DNA of 64,000 bases from an uncultured Synergistales bacterium (GTDB lineage Bacteria; Synergistota; Synergistia; Synergistales; JAFGMB01): contig CAZFJG010000001.1 of assembly GCA_964519285.1 (NCBI GenBank), positions 664-64,663 of the forward strand. Direction: 5' to 3'. The notes beneath the pieces were generated by a model. That model searched no databases. It had not been told where the DNA came from and saw only the letters and a program-made list of their open reading frames with translations. Both the position numbers and the translations under genes were made by a program. Shown in pieces: positions 19,317-25,185 of this stretch. Numbering within the stretch: the first letter of the stretch is position 1; each line of letters starts with the position of its first letter.

Positions 19317-19741
19317 TGCTTATACAGCAGGGATATCTGTTTTATGACAGTAAAAGAGCTGTTTCGGCTTATGAGCTTCAGAGGCTTTACCGTTTTACAA
19401 GCTGGGGTAAGGGTCGTTCAATAGACCAGATCGAAAAGATGCTGGAGGAGACCAGTCTGTGTTTTTCTGTATACCATGAAGGTAGTCTTGTAGCTTTTTG
19501 CAGGATAATTACTGATTTTGTCTTCCGTGGATCTTTGTGGGACATTATGGTTCATCCTGATCATCAGGGTAAAGGAGTAGGTTCAGCACTGATCGATTAT
19601 GCCCTCGGACATCCGGCTGTAAAGGATATACCTCTTATTCTCACCTACACAACAGAACTCGGAGGTTTTCTTGACCAGTATGGGTTTAAACAAGAGGAAA
19701 ATACTTTAATGCTCCTTCGTTGCCCACTTGAGTTCTCTTAA
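19316..19741 (+). CDS. GNAT-family N-acetyltransferase
   Basis: Has an acetyl-CoA-binding-like core (VHPDHQGKGVGSALIDYAL). The start is uncertain. GTG 19316 overlaps the upstream TAG (TAGTG) and follows aaggga. The track start ATG 19277 has no SD. Confidence 0.8.
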   Translation: MLIQQGYLFYDSKRAVSAYELQRLYRFTSWGKGRSIDQIEKMLEETSLCFSVYHEGSLVAFCRIITDFVFRGSLWDIMVHPDHQGKGVGSALIDYALGHPAVKDIPLILTYTTELGGFLDQYGFKQEENTLMLLRCPLEFS

Positions 19742-19780
19742 ACTCTTCATAGTTCTGGAAGTTTAACGGGAAATGTTTAA

Positions 19781-20494
19781 ATGACGCGAAAAATGGAGTT
19801 TTCTCCAAAAACATATTACACAGGATTGACAGAGATTTACAGACTCTTGTTACACCTCTTTTTCCCTTCTGTCTGTCCGGTATGTGGAAAACTTGCTTCA
19901 ACTGGATGTTCTGAATGCTTTTCTGATCAGGTGGTTCCTCTTTTATCAAAGTGCAACAAATGTGGCGGTATTTATCCCTGCAAATTACATAAAAACTCTT
20001 TCCCTGTCATTTCCGGTAATCTGCACGAGAACCTGGCCAGGGAGCTTGTCTTGAAGCTCAAATATGGCAACAGTCCCCAGGTCGGAATTGCAATGGGGCA
20101 CGCCCTGGCCAGAAAGATAATAAAAAAAGACGCACATATTATCGTGCCTGTCCCTTTACATAAAGGCAGTACAAGAAAATACAATCAGGCGTATCTTATT
20201 GCCAAAGGCTTATCCAAACAGTGGCAGATTCAGATAGAAGACTGTCTGGTCTGGCATGGTAAAATAACTAACCAGAGCAGCAAAATGTCAATAAAAGAAA
20301 GAAAAGCATTGCCTGATGGTATTATTAGATCAAGGATCAAGGGTAAAGTAAAAAGTGCAATAATAGTTGATGACGTTGTTACCACTGGCAGCACTCTCAA
20401 CAGGAGTGCTGAGGCTTTGAAAAAATCGGGTGTTTCGGTATTGGCAGCTATAACCTGGACATCTGCTTTTCCGAAACAGTTTAACGGAGAATAG
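19781..20494 (+). CDS. comF: ComF-family phosphoribosyltransferase-like protein
   Basis: 237 aa. The N-terminus has Cys pairs (CPVCG...CSEC...CNKCG). The C-terminus has the PRTase motif IIVDDVVTTGSTL. Confidence 0.8.
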   Translation: MTRKMEFSPKTYYTGLTEIYRLLLHLFFPSVCPVCGKLASTGCSECFSDQVVPLLSKCNKCGGIYPCKLHKNSFPVISGNLHENLARELVLKLKYGNSPQVGIAMGHALARKIIKKDAHIIVPVPLHKGSTRKYNQAYLIAKGLSKQWQIQIEDCLVWHGKITNQSSKMSIKERKALPDGIIRSRIKGKVKSAIIVDDVVTTGSTLNRSAEALKKSGVSVLAAITWTSAFPKQFNGE

Positions 20495-20625
20495 TAGTTT
20501 AACCGGTAAAGTTCTCAGAATAAAATAAAAATTTTATTATAAAACCATGGTATTCACGGGGATTAGGTAATTTTACCTGGACGATATTGGCTATCCCATT
20601 TACAATCATTCTGTGTATAAAAAAT

Positions 20626-20648
20626 GAAAGCACGAAAGCACGAAAGCA
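20626..20648 (+). repeat. Tandem octamer GAAAGCAC x3 (third copy GAAAGCAt) in the skp 5' region
   Basis: The sequence reads gaaagcac gaaagcac gaaagca, and the taaggagg SD of skp begins 2 nt downstream (20651). Confidence 0.9.
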
Positions 20649-20665
20649 TTTAAGGAGGTAATTTT

Positions 20666-21094
20666 ATGTTAAGAAAAAATCGCTTTGTTTTGGTGGCAGT
20701 AGCAGTAATGCTAATAATATTTGCCAGTTCATCAGTTCTTCTGGCAGCAGAAAAGATAGGTGTTATAGAGCCTCAGAAGATACTTTTTCAGCATCCCAAG
20801 TTTGAGTCAACAAGACAGAAAGTAGAATCTGTGGTGACAGTAAAGGAAAATGAGGCAAAATCTGCAATTCAGGCTGAAGCGGATAATAATAAAAAGGCCG
20901 AGATCTACCAGAGTAAAAGACAGGAAGCGGCAATGGAGGAACAGAAACTTATGGCTCCTCTTTTTCAGGAAATCGAACTTGCTGTAAGAAAAGTAGCTAA
21001 ATCAAAGGGCATAACAGTAGTTTTTGACAAAGCCCAGGTCTTTTACGGCGGAATTGACCTTACCAATGATGTGATCCAGGAACTGAAAAGATAA
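20666..21094 (+). CDS. skp: OmpH/Skp-family periplasmic chaperone
   Basis: 142 aa. Has a signal-peptide-like N-terminus (LVAVAVMLIIFASSSVLLAAE) followed by KIGVIEPQKIL. The middle is helical and rich in K/E/Q. The C-terminus is GITVVFDK...GGIDLTNDVI. Confidence 0.8.
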   Translation: MLRKNRFVLVAVAVMLIIFASSSVLLAAEKIGVIEPQKILFQHPKFESTRQKVESVVTVKENEAKSAIQAEADNNKKAEIYQSKRQEAAMEEQKLMAPLFQEIELAVRKVAKSKGITVVFDKAQVFYGGIDLTNDVIQELKR

Positions 21095-21152
21095 AAAACA
21101 CGGTTCTTTTTGATTAATGTGTTGAAAAATCTTATAACTCTGAATAAACCAA

Positions 21153-21191
21153 ATGCAGGAAGCAGGCTTTTTTGCCTCTTTCTGCATTTTT
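21153..21191 (+). terminator. Rho-independent terminator after skp
   Basis: The hairpin pairs atgcaggaagcaggc with gcctctttctgcat (one G-U pair, one bulge) and is followed by ttttt. It sits inside the N-terminal extension of the track ORF 21153-22055. Confidence 0.7.
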
Positions 21192-21200
21192 CTTGATGTT

Positions 21201-22055
21201 ATGAAAAATACAGAATTTTTACTGAAAGCTACTAAGGGGTGTCAGAAACTCCTTGTTTCCGATATAGACGGAACCATAACCAGAGATGAAAGGGTTTCCT
21301 GTGTTGTGGAAAAATCCTTAAACCAACTTGCTTCTCATGGATGGAATTTCCTTTATGCAACCTCCAGAGAGTACGAAACAGCAGTTAAGATAATAAAAGA
21401 TCTTCCGGGACTTCCCTTTGGAATATTTTCCGACGGGGCGGAAGTGAGACGGCTAATGAAGGGAGAAGTCCTCTTTCGCAGGACAATATACCTGGAAATT
21501 GCAAAAAAAGTCCTTGAATACTGCTGGCAGGAAGAAGCGGAGATCCAGATATATTGTGCAGACAGAATATATACAAGAAGTCAGGATGAGAAGACTCTAC
21601 GTTACTTCGGGTCTCAAAATATTTACGTATATACTCTTGATTCGTGGAAAAACCTTGAGAAACCCCCTTTAAAAATTCTCTTTTATTCCCGACACTATGA
21701 CATTGAAAAGATAAGACATAAAGTGGATTCCCTGAGATTGCCGGTAAATCAGGTGTTTGCTGGTGATTGTTTTCTGGATATTCTTCCCCAGGGGATCAGT
21801 AAAGCCTCGTCTCTCAAAAACATCTTTAACTTTTTTGAAAAAAGACCCGACCTGACCATGGTTCTGGCAGATAATGAAAACGATAGGGATTTACTCTTAG
21901 AAACAGATCTGTCAGCAGTTCCTGATGATGCAATACCTTCACTAAAAGAAAAAGCAGACATAATATATCCATCAGATCTGGAAAGGGGAATTCCTCTTCT
22001 TGCAGAATTCATTATTAACGGGGTATTATTAAAAGGTAGGACTGTTTTTTTGTAA
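21201..22055 (+). CDS. Cof-type HAD-IIB family hydrolase
   Basis: The start is moved to ATG 21201, downstream of the terminator. Motif I is LLVSDIDGTIT, and a distal GD/ADNEND motif is present. No clear SD. Confidence 0.75.
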   Translation: MKNTEFLLKATKGCQKLLVSDIDGTITRDERVSCVVEKSLNQLASHGWNFLYATSREYETAVKIIKDLPGLPFGIFSDGAEVRRLMKGEVLFRRTIYLEIAKKVLEYCWQEEAEIQIYCADRIYTRSQDEKTLRYFGSQNIYVYTLDSWKNLEKPPLKILFYSRHYDIEKIRHKVDSLRLPVNQVFAGDCFLDILPQGISKASSLKNIFNFFEKRPDLTMVLADNENDRDLLLETDLSAVPDDAIPSLKEKADIIYPSDLERGIPLLAEFIINGVLLKGRTVFL

Positions 22056-22119
22056 TACTATATTGGAGAATATGGTCAGATAATATTTGTTTCATTATCC
22101 TATGGAGGTGCAATTATCT

Positions 22120-22617
22120 ATGGCAGAGATCAAGGGTTGGCATGTTGAGCAGATGGATTTCCCGGAGGACTGTAATATTATTGTTGGTCAGAGTCATTTT
22201 ATCAAGACAGTAGAGGACCTATATGAAATTATGGTCACTTCTTCTTCTACAGTAAAGTTCGGTTTAGCTTTCTGCGAAGCATCCGGAGACTGTCTTATTA
22301 GAACTGACGGCAATGATCCAGATCTTGTAAATGTTGCTACAGCCAATGCTCTCAAGATAGGTTCTGGACACAGTTTTGTTCTTATAATGAGGAACGGCTT
22401 TCCTATTAATTTTTTGAATCAGCTCAAAAATTGTCAGGAAGTGTGCAGGATATTCACAGCTACAGCCAATCCAATTCAGGTTCTGATATGTGAAACAGAT
22501 CAGGGTAGAGGAATTGCAGGAGTTGTTGATGGTTTTATGCCAAAGGGAGTAGAATCATCTGTGGATGTGAATAAACGCAAAGCTCTTCTAAGAGATGTTA
22601 TTGGATATAAAAGGTGA
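22120..22617 (+). CDS. Adenosine-specific-kinase-family protein (PF04008-like, mostly archaeal family; function uncertain)
   Basis: The track start is TTG 22087. ATG 22120 lies 10 nt after ggaggtg. Contains IVGQSHFIKTVEDLYE, GSGHSFVLIMRNGFPINFLN, ATANPIQV, GRGIAGVVDG and LLRDVIGYK. The family was recognised from memory. Confidence 0.65.
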   Translation: MAEIKGWHVEQMDFPEDCNIIVGQSHFIKTVEDLYEIMVTSSSTVKFGLAFCEASGDCLIRTDGNDPDLVNVATANALKIGSGHSFVLIMRNGFPINFLNQLKNCQEVCRIFTATANPIQVLICETDQGRGIAGVVDGFMPKGVESSVDVNKRKALLRDVIGYKR

Positions 22618-22640
22618 ATTCATTTCTTGAGACAATAAAC

Positions 22641-22668
22641 TTGATAAATGAGATTCCCTGTTTATTAA
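22641..22668 (+). promoter_or_regulatory. Candidate promoter for the DRTGG/kinase/hydrogenase-like/PHP module
   Basis: TTGATA (22641-22646), a 16-nt spacer, then TATTAA (22663-22668). Pattern match only. Confidence 0.3.
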
Positions 22669-22712
22669 AAAACAGAGTTTTTGTTTTAAACCCGGGGAGG
22701 TAAGTTTATATA

Positions 22713-23078
22713 ATGAACCTTAGAGAGGTTTCTAAAGCATTTGGTGGAATAGTCCTTTATGGAGAAGAACTGCTGGATCAGATGGATATTGAATACGCAT
22801 ACGGTGCAGATCTAATGAGTGATGTTCTCGCTTTTGCAAAACCTGGATCATTGTTGCTGACCGGATTAACGAATGTTCAGATAATAAGGACCTCGCAGAT
22901 GCTTGATATTCCGGCTGTGATTTTTGTCAGGGGAAAGCGTCCAAGAGAAGAGACTGTAAAATTGGCGGAGAGTCTGAAAATGCCCGTACTGCTTTCCTGC
23001 AAAAGTATGTTCGAGACATGTGGGCTTCTTTATCAGGCCGGATTAAAACCCTGTACGATCCCAAACAGAGAGGTGTAG
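22713..23078 (+). CDS. DRTGG-domain protein (copy 1)
   Basis: 121 aa. SD ggggagg lies upstream. Contains SLLLTGLTNVQIIRTSQMLDIPAVIFVRGKRP...MPVLL...ETCGLLYQAGL, typical of stand-alone DRTGG proteins. Confidence 0.75.
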   Translation: MNLREVSKAFGGIVLYGEELLDQMDIEYAYGADLMSDVLAFAKPGSLLLTGLTNVQIIRTSQMLDIPAVIFVRGKRPREETVKLAESLKMPVLLSCKSMFETCGLLYQAGLKPCTIPNREV

Positions 23079-23086
23079 AGTCTGAT

Positions 23087-23512
23087 TTGAACGAAGTAAG
23101 TGAAAAATTCACTGTCCAGGGCGGTGATTTTGCAAGTGTCGGAAAAGCTTCAACTGCAATGAAATCAGCCCTTGAGATGATAGGTATTCCTTCTGCTGTG
23201 ACGAGGCGGGTATCTATAATTGCTTATGAAGCAGAGATGAATCTCGTAATTCATGCTGGCGGAGGAATTATTCAGTACTCAGTTTTTCCTGATAGAATTG
23301 AAATAACGGCAGAAGATAATGGTCCTGGTATTGAAGATATCGAACTTGCAATGGAGGAAGGTTATTCTACGGCATCTGATGAGATCAGAGAACTAGGTTT
23401 CGGAGCAGGAATGGGTCTTTCAAATATAAAACGCAATTCTGACGATCTCAAAATAGACTCTATTCCTGAAGAAGGGACATCTCTGCTGGCCGTGGTTTTA
23501 TTAGAGTCCTAA
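23087..23512 (+). CDS. GHKL-type ATPase / RsbW-SpoIIAB-like serine protein kinase (annotated in other genomes as anti-sigma regulatory factor)
   Basis: N-box is YEAEMNLVIHA, G1 is DNGPGI and G2 is GFGAGMGLSN. Homologues begin near the GGDF..(A/V)G.AS motif, which favours TTG 23087. The track start ATG 23018 would overlap the upstream gene by 61 nt. Confidence 0.75.
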   Translation: MNEVSEKFTVQGGDFASVGKASTAMKSALEMIGIPSAVTRRVSIIAYEAEMNLVIHAGGGIIQYSVFPDRIEITAEDNGPGIEDIELAMEEGYSTASDEIRELGFGAGMGLSNIKRNSDDLKIDSIPEEGTSLLAVVLLES

Positions 23513-23530
23513 AAGGAGAGATTTACTATT

Positions 23531-24838
23531 ATGACCAATGGTGTCAAGGTTCAGGGTAATTTGTGTACTGGATGTGCTAATTGTATACAGAGTTGTCCTA
23601 CTGAAGCCATGAGGGTTATAGACGGATGTATTCAAATTATTGATGAACTATGCGTAGATTGCGGTGAATGTATAAGAAAGTGTCCTACCAAAGCAATAAC
23701 AATGAATGAAGACGACTGGGATCTTATCCATTCAATAGGAGAAACTGTGGTTGCAAGTGATCCTGTCTTTTACGTACAGATGAGTAATTATTCTGGTCAG
23801 TCCCTGGTTAAAGAAGCCCTTGGTTACTGGAACATTACAGATATATCCGAGATCATGGGAACAGCCTTTGATCTTGCCGCATACAGTGTGGCCAGGATAC
23901 TGGAAGAAGAAGGTAAACAGAATCTCCCACTGATAAGCACATATTGTCCGGCAGTTTTAAGGCTTGTGGAGACTAATTTCCCGGAACTTCTTGGAAGGAT
24001 AGCTCCAGTTGATTCTCCTCTTGAGGTTGGGGTGGCTCTGTGGAAAAAGATGACAGACAGAAAAGACAAGGTAACTCTGCTGGCGCCCTGTCCAGCAAAG
24101 ATAACCCTCGTTCATAATCCGGAGGGTAGAGAAACAAGTAATATAGATTTTAGCGTATCCGTAGGTAAGCTGGTGAAGGCTCTTCTTGCCGGAGGTCCTA
24201 AAGTCAAGGGCAACTTTCCGGAAGTGACCAACAACAGATGGCTTGAATGGGCCGGATCGGGTGGGGAAGCCGAGCACATTGCACGTTTCTCAAAAAGGCC
24301 ACTCAAGACCATATCGGTTTCAGGAATGCAGAATACCATTGATGTGCTTAAAGAAATGGAGCTTGGAAGATTAAGAGGAATAGATTTTATCGAATGCCGA
24401 ATTTGTGAAATGGGTTGCATCGGTGGTATCGGAAACGCTGAATCCCGGTTTTTGTCAAAGTTGCGTCTCAAGAATATGAAAACTAACTGGCAGCTGAATG
24501 ACAAAGAAACTGAAGAACTCAAGGAGTGGCACAAAACAGATATATGGAGATTGAAAAAGGAATTGAAACCCTCCCAGCGTGAACCACTGTCAGATGATCT
24601 CAATGAAGCCATGCAAAAACTGAAAGAAATGAACAGAATTTATTCAGAGTTGCCACAGATCAACTGCGGTTCCTGTGGCAGACCTTCTTGCAAGGCTATG
24701 GCCGAAGATATTATAAGGGGCCAGGGTGAGGTAAGCGATTGTATATTCAAGATAAGAGAAAACATCAGGGAGCTGGGGAAAGAAATTGTTGAACTTTCAG
24801 AAAAGATGCCACATACAATGAGAAGAAAGGATTTATGA
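23531..24838 (+). CDS. [FeFe]-hydrogenase-like Fe-S protein: 2x[4Fe-4S] ferredoxin domain, hydrogenase large-subunit-like core and a C-terminal Cys-cluster domain (putative sensor)
   Basis: 435 aa. Ferredoxin motifs are CTGCANCIQSCP and CVDCGECIRKCP. H-cluster-like motifs are STYCPAV, APCPAK and ECRICEMGCIGGIGN. The C-terminus reads CGSCGRPSCKAMAEDIIRGQGEVSDC. Confidence 0.8.
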   Translation: MTNGVKVQGNLCTGCANCIQSCPTEAMRVIDGCIQIIDELCVDCGECIRKCPTKAITMNEDDWDLIHSIGETVVASDPVFYVQMSNYSGQSLVKEALGYWNITDISEIMGTAFDLAAYSVARILEEEGKQNLPLISTYCPAVLRLVETNFPELLGRIAPVDSPLEVGVALWKKMTDRKDKVTLLAPCPAKITLVHNPEGRETSNIDFSVSVGKLVKALLAGGPKVKGNFPEVTNNRWLEWAGSGGEAEHIARFSKRPLKTISVSGMQNTIDVLKEMELGRLRGIDFIECRICEMGCIGGIGNAESRFLSKLRLKNMKTNWQLNDKETEELKEWHKTDIWRLKKELKPSQREPLSDDLNEAMQKLKEMNRIYSELPQINCGSCGRPSCKAMAEDIIRGQGEVSDCIFKIRENIRELGKEIVELSEKMPHTMRRKDL

Positions 24839-24842
24839 GATT

Positions 24843-25181
24843 TTGAAAATAGAAGAGTTGTGCTCAAAACTTTCACTGAACGTTCTGGTACCTCTTGAAG
24901 ATTATTCTGAAGAAATTAATACAGCCATAACAGGAGACCTCCTGAGTTTTATAATGGGTCATGCTCTTCCTGGATCAGTCTGGCTGACCGTTCAGAACCA
25001 TCTTAATGTTGCGGCAGTCGCTGTTCTGAAAGAGATGCCAATGATAGTCCTCACTGCGGGAAGGCAGCCTTCAACTGATCTTGTGGATAGATGCAGGGAA
25101 GAAGGAATTTGTCTGTCCACTACTCCAGAAAGTACTTTTGCCGTAATAAGCCAGATGACAAAATTGGGACTAAAGGGATAA
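24843..25181 (+). CDS. DRTGG-domain protein (copy 2)
   Basis: 112 aa. The TTG start is 4 nt after the previous stop. Contains GDLLSFIMGHALPGSVWLTVQNHLNVAAVAVLKEMPMIVLTAGRQP...GICLSTT, paralogous in layout to 22713-23078. Confidence 0.7.
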   Translation: MKIEELCSKLSLNVLVPLEDYSEEINTAITGDLLSFIMGHALPGSVWLTVQNHLNVAAVAVLKEMPMIVLTAGRQPSTDLVDRCREEGICLSTTPESTFAVISQMTKLGLKG

Positions 25182-25185
25182 AATA

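Noticed and set aside
20540-20561. An all-A/T hairpin (aataaaa / ttttatt) after comF, considered as a possible terminator.
   Set aside because: The 7-bp stem is A-T only and has no trailing T run, so it is too weak to call.
21153-21200. N-terminal extension of the HAD hydrolase ORF (track start 21153).
   Set aside because: The extension is the skp terminator hairpin plus its T run. The conserved HAD motif I begins shortly after ATG 21201.
23018-23086. ATG 23018 as the start of the GHKL kinase, giving a 61-nt overlap with DRTGG copy 1.
   Set aside because: The overlap is unusually long, and the extra residues (MWASLSGRIKTLYDPKQRG...) are just the alternative frame of the DRTGG C-terminus. 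Homologues, as I recall them, begin close to the GGDF..G.AS motif. TTG 23087 is preferred but not certain.
24112-24612. 166-aa minus-strand ORF opposite the hydrogenase-like gene, and similar antisense ORFs in the his genes (26986-27396, 28592-29023), rpoA, secY, pnp and mutS2.
   Set aside because: Each lies entirely within a well-supported gene on the other strand or in another frame, with no motif, no SD and skewed composition. They are shadow ORFs.
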